From NCBI GenBank assembly GCA_000004985.1, contig GG738893.1: DNA of 64,000 nucleotides; one strand, 5' to 3'. Numbering within the stretch: position 1 is the stretch's first letter; each line of letters starts with the position of its first letter. This document shows, piece by piece, positions 1 through 12,245 of this stretch. The stretch is from Naegleria gruberi (lineage: Eukaryota). A program made the position numbers and the translations under genes. The notes beneath the pieces are model-generated. The model saw only the letters and a list, made by a program, of their open reading frames with translations. It searched no databases and had not been told where the DNA came from.

Positions 1-751
1 TAAAGATATTTGAAGTTTGGATAGATGATGATGGGTTGTGTGATAAATTGGTGTAGAGGTATTTTTTTTAAATTTTTTGTCATTTCTAAAAATAAAGTTT
101 GACATTTAGATTTTTTTATATTAGAAACTGACACGGTAAAGATAATCGATTACCGTGTTTCAGTAATTATGAGTGTTGAAAATTATGAAGTCAATAAGAA
201 TGCACGAAGTTGTTGCACTTAGAAAACTATTCGAATAGTTCCAGTTTCCAATCATTTAATGTTTCGAATAAAAATATTGGTAAAAAACTTCATGTTGCAA
301 GAATGGTTACGAAACAGCCACCGTGACATGACCAACCAAGAAACCTCGTATCACTTTAGGTTGGATTCCAAAAGAAACTTAATCGAAACCAAAAAGTCAG
401 GTGGCTGAAATAAATGGACGATGTTCGTCAACATTCAAGCCAAAACTCCTTCCTACATTAACACTTTTCATTTAAAAAAAAATTAAAGCACAAACAATCG
501 CCCACACTATACGAAACGCCTCTATTCGAAACAAGTGACACTCTACTAAATTCTTCAAGTAGAAGAATATATCTGCATCACTCCCTAGCGCTAGATCACC
601 ACTCTCTCGATCGCCTTCCCGCAATCCATTCTCCAACACTTGCTTTCGAATAACTTTAATGTACATAATATAACACAATAATCAAAAACAACAACAAATA
701 TATACAAAAAAACAACAATATATAATAACAATACATATAAAAATATAGAAA

Positions 752-2465
752 ATGGCAACTAAAAAACAATCATCCTCCTCATCACCATTAAAAAATGTTT
801 CGGCGCCAAAAGCATCCGTTAAAGATATTCTTCAATATTTTGATATGAAATTCGATTCCTTTATGGAATATCCACCAGCTAGACAGTGTTTCTTTACCTT
901 TTTGGAATCGACACAAAATAGTGGTATGTTTTTTTTTTAAATTTTAATAATTATTAATATTTAACATTTAAAAATTTATTTAATTTACAAAAAATGTTAA
1001 AAAAATAATAGAAATAAGTTTATTTCTAGAACAAGTTGAATTCTTCAAATCCATCAATGAACTACCAAATAGTAGTCGACGTAATAGATCGTTTGATGTT
1101 GATGAATTTTCGGATCAATTTCTTGGAGCTGCTGGAGCTACATTATGCGAATCTGCTTTATTGAAAGCTTGTGAAATTGCTGATAATTTCATTCATGATC
1201 AAGCTCCAAATGAATTGAATTTGAAATCTGATACGAAAAAGAAAATTCTGGACAAGATTGAAAAGAATAGAACGTACTATGGATTGGAATCCAAAAATGA
1301 GTATAATTGGAGTGGGAACTCTGGGAAAGGGAAACATATTTCTATAGTCCCATTCTTGGATTCGACAATATTTGATGATTTGGAGAGTCATATTTTATTG
1401 TCGTTGAAATCGAATCAGTTTGCTCCATTTTTAGAGAGTGAGATTTTCAAAGAATTTATTGAAAATCAGAAAATTGAAACCTTGTTCATGTTGGCAACAC
1501 CAAGAAAGGCAGCTTCACCTTCCTCTGCTATTCAGGCAACATCAGATAACATTGATTTTTTATTCATGTTAAATAATGCAAGTTCCACATCACGATCAAA
1601 CTCTTCAACTTCTACAGATAGTAGAGATGGAAGTTTAGCAAAGAGTTTTGTAAACTCTGAAACATTATCTGTGGGAGAGGTGAAATATCTCAAATCTGCA
1701 CTATTGGAATATGATCAGAATTTGAAGTGGACTCTTCTGACCTATTCGAAAGAGCAGGAAATTTATGTAATGATTGGTGATCACTCGTGTGAACAAAATT
1801 TTGGAAGAAAAGATTTAATGTTCTATAAGAGTGTAACACATTATCAATATTCAAGTGAGAAAGTGTTTAATGCCCTCATCAATTTTGAATTCAGAAAGAA
1901 TTATACTAATGAGCCATTAGTAGAAGGGGATTTTGTAAAATATCATCCAAAACCAAGTAATCAATTGGGTATTTTGGATTCCGAGTTATTGGAAACTGCT
2001 GTTATTTCAGAATCCTATGAAATGAAATGGCCAATCAGGAATAGAGAATTTATTTTGAGTTGTGCAGCTACAAAAAGCTTCACACCAGAAAATCCAAAAT
2101 TGGAAACTTTTTATCTATTCAAAAAATCAACTCAAAATGATGTGAATGAAACCATTCGATCAAAATTGAAAAATGTACGCGGTTGCTGCATATCAGCTCT
2201 CAAAGTTGAGCCAACTTCCCCAACCAGCTGTAAAGCCACCCAAGTTTTATTTCTGGACATGAAAGGACTCTTGACACAAAATTGGGGTCAGAAAATACTG
2301 ACCTTTAAGGGTGGATCTAAAAAGAAGGGAAGTAAAACCACACTCCAATCCACTCCTCAACAACAATTAGCTCAGTGGATTGAGAAGGATTCTCGTCTCT
2401 CACTGAATTCACCACTATCTGATGCAATTTTGAGAACACTTGCTGAAAATCAAAATATTATTTAA
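752..2465 (+). CDS. RGS (regulator of G-protein signalling) domain protein; 2 exons join(752..923,1030..2465), ~536 aa
   Basis: ATG at 752. Exon 1 ends before GTATGT (924) and a 106-nt AT-rich intron ends TCTAG at 1029. The spliced product reads ...ARQCFFTFLESTQNS|EQVEFFKSINELPNSS..., which matches the FxxFLxSExSxENxxFW-type RGS-box signature. Downstream is Ser/Thr-rich and continues the ORF-track frame 1161..2465 (its 'M' is TTG). Confidence 0.6.
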
Positions 2466-2987
2466 ATTGCTATGCACATTTTAAAGAAGAATCAATAAAC
2501 CAGAAAGTTTATTTTCAAATATTAAAATTCATCTTGAAAGTTGTGGTGTGTTTGGGTTTTAAAAAGTTCAAATTGTTTGCGAATTAAAAAAGATATTAGA
2601 CAGGAATCGCTTTTGGTCTTTGTTAGTAAGATTTTGGTTTGGATTGCGGTGTAATTCCTTGAATATATGTTGTGTATCTGCGTTCCTTTAGTCTGGAAGT
2701 TCTCTAAAATTATATTTTATTGTGGTTTATTTTTATAATAGTCCAACAAGTTCATCTGGTAAATAAAAAACAAATCTAATTCAGGAATAGGGTGATATAA
2801 TACCAGAATTGCTTGCTTACTTTCCATTAAGATTTCAATTTATTCTTCATTATAGTGACGAAAAACTGTTAAACACGAAAACGTTCAAATCAATAAAAGA
2901 TTGTCTCTCATTGTGGTAAAAACATTGAGCAATCCAAAATTAAGTGAATGGCTGTTGAATGGATGTGGAAGGAATATCTGAAATAGT

Positions 2988-5939
2988 TTACTCTTCTTCA
3001 CTGCTAGCTTCAGAATCACAATCATGGTCAGTATTGTCGGTTCCTTCGTTTTCGATCATTGACTGGTCGACACAAGCTCTGCAGTGACCACAACCACCAC
3101 AAATTGGAAGATATGGATTCCTCCTTCCTCTTCCACCATAACTTTCATAGGTATCAACATAGGAACCACTGGCAGCAAGGTCTGAAAGCTCTGAAGTTTG
3201 GTTGGCTTGATCTTCAAGCAATCGTTGTTCCAGTTGGAAAAGCTTCTCCAAGAATTGATTAAAATTGTCTGGGAATGAATGGGAAACTGATTCCATAAAC
3301 TTGTGAATTGCTCTCACACAGGTAAAGAATTTTCTCTCAAACAAATTAAAAGGGTCATCGTTCGCGCTGGTCATTGTCGATATTTCATTAGAGGAGAGCA
3401 GATACATATTCTTTTCTCCAGTCTTGATACATTTAAAAAAGTTTTCCACATCACAATATGGAACTAGCTCATTTCCCTGTTGAAAGAGAATGAGTAGTTT
3501 ACCTGGAAAGCAAGATAATTTGTTGTAGACATCAAAGTGGTGAGTGATGCAATTCTTAACTTCCTTTAAATTGTAATACCTTTCATCTCCAACCTTACAA
3601 ACTATTGTTGTTTTAGGGCGAGCATTCTGTTGTTTGGTACTCATAATCTTCTTATTCTTTGGATATGGCATTCGATAATATTTTTCCACTCCAAAGTTGT
3701 ATTTGGTAAACTCGAATCTAATGGTTTCATCCTCAGGTCTTACAATACCTTGTTCAGCTCCCTGAGAAGAAATATACGATAGGACATTCTCAGGTAAATT
3801 TCCTAAAACTACCTTGAGAACATCAAAACAAGGTGATTCCAAGCAAAGTCCACTCACTGTTGGAAAATTTGAAACAAAATGGATAGCACAAGTACTTCCC
3901 AGAAATCCCTTTCCATACACTACCACTTGAGACATTGGTATTTTGAGTCGTGTCGTGAATAAATGATGAACCAACTTGTAGTCAGTCTCTAGAAATCTAT
4001 GCAAGGAAGTTCTTTCATCCTCACCTTTGGCGCACGTGCTATATCCAAAACCTCTATATTCGAAAATAAATATCTGCAAACCCATCGAAATAATAAAATC
4101 TTTGAACTTCCTTAGTGAAGGTTGGAAGAAATACTCAAAAGCTTCCTCACATCCGTCATGGAATAATAGTAAGGTCTTTTTGGAGGTTGTAGAACTGGAA
4201 TCATCTTGTTTTGTGGAGGTACTTGGCTGCTCGTTTTGGCCAACCATCTCAAAATAACATGAAAGAGTAGCTCCATCCTCACAAACAATATCCACTGTTG
4301 GCACATTTGGAACTGAATTTGATTGAGTCTCGGTTTTTCGTCTACGCCATTTGAATTCCTTTACAAACTTTTCATCGAAAAGAAATGGGTTTTGCTCCTC
4401 CTTCTTTGGAGAGGAAGTTCCAACTGTGGAAACAGCAGGGCTTTCTTCTATCAGTTGAGGTAGGACATATGGATTTGTCAAAAATTCCCTTGGCCCAAGA
4501 ACTTCATAATTAAAAGCCTTACAGAAAATTGGTTGTTCCAATATTTTACAATATCGTTTGAAAACTTGATTCTTAAAAACTTGTAAATCATTGAATAAAA
4601 GATCATTTTCAAAAGGAGCTTGTTCTTTTTGTTGTCCTTTTTTCGTAGAGTTACTAGAGGTAGGATGTTGATCGCCAGAAGTTGATAGACTTGTCATGAA
4701 CGTCATCTTTTTCAAGTAAGTTTTGTTTCTTGTTTTTACAGTAGTTTCCACATTTTTAATTCCAGTTTCTTGTCGTTTCTTCTTTGGTTTCTTCTTTTCA
4801 TCCTCAACATTAGCAAACAAATCCATTGAAACTTTTCCTGACAAGAGAGCAGATGGTGTTAATGTCTGCATTGGAGTATTTTTAAAGACAGTATTTTGAG
4901 TGAGAACCTTTTCCTTTTCATTATTATTATCAGTGAATGCGTTAATATCTACAGGTTTCACTGAATTTTTCTTTTTTTGAGCTAATTTCCTCGAAATGAT
5001 ATTATCCATAGAAGGTTCCTCTTCCTGTCTCGACTTTGGGAATATATCCATTATTGCTCTTGTATTATTTCCATTATTATTATTATGAATTTGTTGCTGC
5101 TGCTGATGATTATGATTAATATTTGAGGCTCCAACAGCAAGATTATTCAAATTTCCTCCACTCGTATTATTCGAAGAAAGATCCACTGATGGAGTAGATT
5201 CCACACTCTTCACCGATAACCCATCAAGATCCAACTCTTGATGATTTATACAATTTGTTCCAGCTGGAACATTACCACCATTCATATTGCCACTACCTCC
5301 ATTACTTCTCGAACCTGATACACCATGTTGATTATTTTTTTCAGAAAGTTGTAAATGATTTTGGCGGGAAAGATTTGGCGTCAAGTTTGATAAAAGTCTC
5401 TTAAAAAAAGAAGCAGCACCACCCTGTGTAGGAGAATGAATCGTAGTATTTGCTGTTGTATTGATGTTGTTCATGGTGTTGGTGAAGGTTGGTGAAGGAA
5501 GTGGTGAGGATGATACTAATAATGGTTGGTGTTGTTGGTTTTGATCGTGCGATGATGAAACATGTTGTTCATCATCACCGCTAGCAATGAAATGATTGTT
5601 GGTTGATGAAAATTCGATATTTTGTGATTGTGATGGTGGAACATGTTGGTGATGATTGTTGTGACTTGGTGATAAATCATTGTTTAGAAAGGGTTTAGGA
5701 TTGTGTTTAATTGGAGAGGTAGATGCATCATTTGGTTGTTGCATATTTTCTAATGTATTCGAATAATTGTTTAAATTATTGGAATGTGCAATAGTATCGG
5801 TTGGACTATTATTTGGATTGTTATTATGCTGTTCCGAAGAAATCATGTTGTATGTTTGGGTGGACAGCAATTGTTGGCAGAGTCGCTTATCATGGATTTT
5901 TTTTGATTTATGACAGAAAAAGCATTTAACGTTGGGCAT
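2988..5939 (-). CDS. Asn/Gln-rich protein (983 aa) with C-terminal alpha/beta-hydrolase (ABHD-like) fold, nucleophile elbow degenerate
   Basis: Single ORF with a true ATG at 5939 and long N/Q/S homopolymeric tracts. The C-terminal ~300 aa matches the ABHD-family pattern ...LLLFHDGCEEAFEYF...IFIFEYRGFGYS...VVVYGKGFLGSTCAIHF.... The GxSxG elbow reads GKGFLG, so the Ser is missing. The protein ends in a Cys cluster (GGCGHCRAC). Confidence 0.5.
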   Translation of the reverse strand: MPNVKCFFCHKSKKIHDKRLCQQLLSTQTYNMISSEQHNNNPNNSPTDTIAHSNNLNNYSNTLENMQQPNDASTSPIKHNPKPFLNNDLSPSHNNHHQHVPPSQSQNIEFSSTNNHFIASGDDEQHVSSSHDQNQQHQPLLVSSSPLPSPTFTNTMNNINTTANTTIHSPTQGGAASFFKRLLSNLTPNLSRQNHLQLSEKNNQHGVSGSRSNGGSGNMNGGNVPAGTNCINHQELDLDGLSVKSVESTPSVDLSSNNTSGGNLNNLAVGASNINHNHQQQQQIHNNNNGNNTRAIMDIFPKSRQEEEPSMDNIISRKLAQKKKNSVKPVDINAFTDNNNEKEKVLTQNTVFKNTPMQTLTPSALLSGKVSMDLFANVEDEKKKPKKKRQETGIKNVETTVKTRNKTYLKKMTFMTSLSTSGDQHPTSSNSTKKGQQKEQAPFENDLLFNDLQVFKNQVFKRYCKILEQPIFCKAFNYEVLGPREFLTNPYVLPQLIEESPAVSTVGTSSPKKEEQNPFLFDEKFVKEFKWRRRKTETQSNSVPNVPTVDIVCEDGATLSCYFEMVGQNEQPSTSTKQDDSSSTTSKKTLLLFHDGCEEAFEYFFQPSLRKFKDFIISMGLQIFIFEYRGFGYSTCAKGEDERTSLHRFLETDYKLVHHLFTTRLKIPMSQVVVYGKGFLGSTCAIHFVSNFPTVSGLCLESPCFDVLKVVLGNLPENVLSYISSQGAEQGIVRPEDETIRFEFTKYNFGVEKYYRMPYPKNKKIMSTKQQNARPKTTIVCKVGDERYYNLKEVKNCITHHFDVYNKLSCFPGKLLILFQQGNELVPYCDVENFFKCIKTGEKNMYLLSSNEISTMTSANDDPFNLFERKFFTCVRAIHKFMESVSHSFPDNFNQFLEKLFQLEQRLLEDQANQTSELSDLAASGSYVDTYESYGGRGRRNPYLPICGGCGHCRACVDQSMIENEGTDNTDHDCDSEASSEEE

Positions 5940-6096
5940 CTAAATGTCAAAAAACAAGTTAATAACACAAGATTAATAACAAAGTTTCTAAATATTGAAC
6001 TTGGCTTTAGAACTTGATTCCTTCTCTTATTGAGGATGGAATTGGAAAATTGTAAAAGAAGCACTGTGAAAACAGTAAAACCCATTTTGATGAACT

Positions 6097-7762
6097 ATGC
6101 AAAAAAAAATGCTCAAACACTTTGGTTTTCAGTCACTGATTATGATTTGGCTGTTTTTGAGTGCAATTCAATCAGCCAACACGCTGAGAATCCAAAAAGG
6201 TGAAAAAAGAGAGATGAATTATTCTACAAACGCTACAACCATCGGAACAAATTTCAAGGGTTGTACCAATTTTTCTGCATTTTTTACTGATCCCCAAGTA
6301 TTTCTAGAACAAGTGGTTAGAAACGCTCCAATGGGACCAATGAAATGCAAAAATATTGAAATGTGGAAGAGATTCAAAGTACCCGATCCATATCAAGGAG
6401 CCATGTTTTTTGCTTATGAACAATATACATTTGGCGTGACAGAATCGTTTGATCTTTGTGAAAGCATTCAAATTTGGGAAGAAAAATTACAAACTACTTG
6501 TATTGAACTTTTATTCAATTCTTTAGAAAATGATTTATCCTCGAAAATTCAATTTATTACTCAAAACCAAACAACTGTTTATGATTGGATTAATTATTGT
6601 AATTATTGTAGAAAGGACATTCAATTTTCAAAACAAAATTATTGGAATATTCGAGATGACAATGTGAGAGAAATAATTGAATACTTCCCTAACCAAATAA
6701 GTTTTTGCGGATTTGGAGAAGCTGGTATTCCATTTGTTGTAGGAATGAATCAAATCAAATTACAAGAAACTGGTTATTCATTTATTTGTTTTTGCCCCTA
6801 CCAAAACTATTATGGTTTTAAATGTTTTGGTAATTCCAGAAATTTGACATATGCTATAATTCTTGAGTCTCTATTTACAAGTATATTTGCAATATCGTTT
6901 CTTATAACCTGTTTAACAATACTCTTACCAAGAGCGAAGACATCATTCATTCAAAAACAATATTACAATATTTTAGTACCAATGCTACTGTGCCTCTCGC
7001 AGATTTGTGGAGTTTTGACTCAGATTGCCTCACTTTTTGGGACAGATCTTGCTGTGTCAATTTGTAGTAATTTAACTGTAATATTCTTGGGTATCGCCTT
7101 AGTGTCTTGGGAAATGCACTGGATTAGATTGATTTATTTTGTAATGCAGAAAAAGAGACTTTTTTCATTCATTTCCTATCTGGTTCCTCTAATTTTATTT
7201 ATTTCAACAATTTTGGCAATGTTGACCTGTATTTTCTCTGTTGGGTCGGTTGGAGTAGAGTATTCTTTGCGTATGGCAGATAATCTATCCTATCTATTAT
7301 TGACTTTGGGATGTTTGATTACCGTAGTATTTACTGTTTGCTCGATAGTTATTTATGTTCTTCTGAAAAAAGTGTCAGAAGTGAGCTTGATTAATTCACC
7401 TGTAAGTTTTCACTTGTTATAACGATATTTAACGATCATAGTTCCTTAAATTCTCTATAATTGCATCCATTGCATTATTCTTGGACTCGATTGGAATCAT
7501 AAGTATCTCTGTGACTCAATCCTATATCACATCAGTAGGTGTGACATTTACTGTTGTTCATGCTGCATTTCTGGGTACTATTTCATTGGGATTGACATTT
7601 GTTGAGTTCGACAAAAAGGAATTCTTCGAGTTGTATTCATGTTTGAAACCTGTCAGCAACAATACAGACCCAAAAACTGAACCCTTACTTTCTTCGAGTG
7701 ATTATTCTTCGATAGAGGATTCAAATACAAGCGTGCAAAACAGTATTAATAGTAATAAATAA
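6097..7762 (+). CDS. Seven-transmembrane receptor-like protein with ~260-aa Cys-containing N-terminal ectodomain; 2 exons join(6097..7401,7442..7762)
   Basis: N-terminal signal peptide (MQKKMLKHFGFQSLIMIWLFLSAIQSA) followed by a Cys-rich domain and multiple hydrophobic helices. A 40-nt intron (GTAAGT at 7402 ... ATAG ending 7441) joins ORF 6097..7422 to ORF 7481..7762 in frame (...SLINSP|FLKFSIIASIALFLDSIGIISISV...). Confidence 0.5.
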
Positions 7763-7830
7763 AGTAAGTTGTTGCGAATATTATGAACTCGTTTTTATAT
7801 GTTTCTAAATTGTGAAACAAGCAGATAAGC

Positions 7831-9655
7831 TTATTCTCCTTCATTGAAGGCATTTAGTTTTGCTGAAAAGACCTTGTGATCCAAATTTTCGATACCATCT
7901 TCTTGGTTTTCCTCTTGTTGACCAATATTACAAATTTCTTTAAGGAGAGCATCGTCCTTATTCAAACTGTAGAACAATCCACGGTCGAACTTTTGGTTTT
8001 CAGTGATGAGTCTGGTGGCCAATTTATCAATGGCAACAGTAGCCAAAACAGTTTGAATGAAGGCATCAATAAGGTTATCAACACCAAGTCCGAGTTTTGA
8101 AAAGTCCTTTCTGTCACAAATTATTAATCTCTTTTGATCAGTTGACCACTGTCCATTCACCTTATAAGACAAATTGGTACCCAAAATATCCCATGAATTC
8201 TTACCCTCAATATCATCGGTAAGTGGTGACTTTGCCCTACGAGCATAGAGAGCTATTGGAGAAAATCCTCCTCTTGTGAAGTCATAATGGATCATCATTC
8301 TCAAATCAGCAACATAAATTTGACGTTTGCTGTCTGGAACAGTACCAACGTGGTAAAGAGCTCCGTGTTGTGTTAGAGAAGACCATTTGCTATTACCAAT
8401 CAGAGATTGAACAATATATTGATCATAGTGACTTTGTTGTTCCATAAATTCGTCCAATTCCTTTTGACTTGTAATTGTAAAGACTCCTTGTCCCTGTTAT
8501 ATATTGAAATAATGTGAAATTTAGAATATCATTCCATTGAGTTTCAACTTACAGCATTAGAGTAAGGATTCTTAACAACTGCAAATCCACCAAAACTTTC
8601 AACCCAGATAGGGACAATCTTCTTCTCCACATCTCTGATTGTTCTTGGTGTGTTGAGCTTGATTCCGTGTCCGTTGTATTGACTGTTAAGGAAATCATAA
8701 GCCTTGGCAGCTATTCATTGTTAATATTTGAACTCAAATGTGAAAAAAACTTACCAAGTAGTTTGTTTCTACCACCTGCCAAACAGCAAACAACTGGATT
8801 CAAAATTAAGGTACGAACCTTAGAGATTGGCATTCTATCCCAAGGTGATTGTGTAACATATCTGAAACATCCTCTAATATTAATCCAATTATTTTCTTCG
8901 TCACGAATTTGCATTACTTGACCATTTTCAACAAATCTGACTGGTGGATCTGGATCTTTGGCATGATATTCAACAAGGTATACATTTTCTCCAAATATGT
9001 CACTCAAGACACCAGCATATCCCGAAGTTTCCATCTTGTTTTTATCATAGACTACTGCAAGTTTACCATTTGGTACTCTATTTTCTCCCAATGATTTTTC
9101 GTGTTCTTCAAGCATTGGTTTGAAAGTCTTTTCAATAAGGGTTCTATAACCACCATGATGATCATGGAAAGGCATTGATTTTTGACCGGAAGGGCAAGAG
9201 TTTGTTTCGATCAAAACCATTTTTCTAACACCTTGTGAGTTGGTCACATTGAAAAGATCAGCTCCGGACCAAGTAAAGAATTGTGGCTTGTAATTTAACA
9301 ATTCGATAAGTTGCTTCTCATCAACTTGAGGATTCAAGTGAACATATCTCTTCAAAATACGAGAATTTCCTATTTTCAATTAATTAAATATTTTACAATC
9401 GTGTTGTGATGATCATCACAAATAGGAACACAATGATCAATAAATGTGGAATTTGAATAATAATACAAACCTAAAGACATAAAATCACTAACAATTTCAC
9501 TAAGTTGAGCATTGATTGTCTTTGGATAAAAGTGACTATCATGTTCGAAGGAATCTTTGGTGACTACAACAACTGTATTCTCACTGGAAAAGGCCTTTGA
9601 TGGTGCTTCTCCTTCTCCTGCAACTGTGGTTGTTACAATATTAGCAGATGGCATT
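7831..9655 (-). CDS. Conserved hypothetical protein, possibly ATP-grasp-like ligase fold; 4 exons complement(join(7831..8493,8553..8710,8755..9369,9471..9655))
   Basis: Three short introns (59, 44, 101 nt), all GTAAGT/GTTTGT...AG, restore one frame across ORFs 9376..9762, 8711..9379 and 7831..8457. ATG at 9655 (MPSANIV...). Motifs ...VLIETNSCPSGQ... and ...[27 protein letters not shown]... resemble ATP-grasp Mg-loop and phosphate-loop motifs but appear in reversed order. The family assignment is uncertain. Confidence 0.35.
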
Positions 9656-10516
9656 CTTTTTTGTTGTTGAAATAAAGTACAGCTTTTGGTGGTGGGTTGA
9701 GTTTGATTTGATAGGGAACGAATGTGACGACTTTTTGAAATATAGACTATCTTATCAAGCAAGGCTTATCTATTTGATCAGGTAACAAAATATTCGAAAA
9801 TACAAAATTGATTACTACTCCTACAGTGTTTGTAAATTGAACTGAATCGAAGGCTTTTCTTCTCTGAATCAAGAGTATGGGCGGGGTAGTGAAAGAGGTT
9901 TCAAGGCTTTTTTTGCTGAATTGATGATAATGTTATTTGGCCTCAAAATAGACAAGAACAATTTTACCAAAGAGGTCACCACCAAAGTTTTTCAACAATT
10001 GATGTCTTCTTTGAGAGTAGTGCTATTGTAACAATGTATGATGATGATTTGATTTGCTTTGTTTTTGGTTCACTCAATGTAGAACACTCTTATGAGAGAT
10101 ATCAAGTAGGTACCTTAAATAAATTCATTTCTCTAGAGCTCTTATTGAAATGGTGTAGTTTCAAAAATTGCGTAATAAGTGAATGTGTGGATAATTGGAA
10201 GAAGTATTTCTAAACTTGTACTGTTGTGTGGGAAGTTATCTGGGTAATGATATTTCAAGTGAATTATTGAATCGAATAAGAAGTATTTCGCAGCTTTGAT
10301 TGTAAATTGGATAACAGAATTGAGATTCGTAATGAGAAACTTTACAAAAATATTAATTCCAATTCCTGTTGATCAAAAATCATTTTTTAATAGAACGTTC
10401 TAATAGTTACAGATTTGCGAGAACGAACGCAAATTGAAAATAATTAAGAAGGGAATGAAATACAATACAGATCGAAAAGGTCACACTTAAAGTATTACTA
10501 AAATAAGTTAACTAAA

Positions 10517-11538
<1,022 letters not shown>

Positions 11539-12245
11539 TTTTTTAATGGTCTTGATTCTAATTTGTTGCCTTCTGAGAAGAAGCTAATACAATTGGAAAA
11601 TATTCTCTTCCTATTGGTTTTGATGACGAGTTAGTTGATTTGATTGGACGGATCCGGTTCTGCCTGAGAATAAGAAACACAATATAACTTTGAACAATAG
11701 ATTTAATAATATATCAAGAGGATTGTTTTCTTCTTCTTCGTATTGGTGTCAATTTGAGACGTTGAGTAAAACAACAACGGACAAAGATCTCAGCTAACAA
11801 GGAAAAAAATCTAATCTCCTTTTGTGTGGTTCGGATTTTGTGCCTCTTGAGAGTACTGGAGAAGAAGTTTTTATACAGAGAATAAAACATTGATGTGATA
11901 AGGAGGATTCGAATAAGTAAGGTAGTGAGTATTGAGATGGTGAAGCATGATGGAGGAAGTAAAGTTGACTTCCTTAGTAAGGACTAGAATTGGGTTGAAT
12001 TGGTTCTGGTTTGATTTCTTGATTAGAAACTTACCTATAGAAAGGTTTCAACAAATATAATGATTTTACTTTGTCAATTAAAAGTACATCAATTTCATGA
12101 CCTAATTGGTGGAATCATTTACAACATTTCGATGAATGAGTTGGCTTAACCTCCATTGTGTTGAACTGATTCCCCATTAATACATTCCATCAAAATATCC
12201 TACAAACGCATATGTAGTGAAGTTTCAGAGTTCAATTATTTGAAG

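Noticed and set aside
472-678. ORF 472..678(-) upstream of the RGS gene
   Set aside because: No homology-like features, an alternative-start 'M', and it sits in the presumed promoter or 5' region.
9780-9960. Possible ncRNA at ~9860..9925 (GGGCGGGG...CAAGGCTTTTTTT)
   Set aside because: It is short, has no upstream CCACAA box and no convincing structure. It is more likely the 5' region of the 9655 gene.
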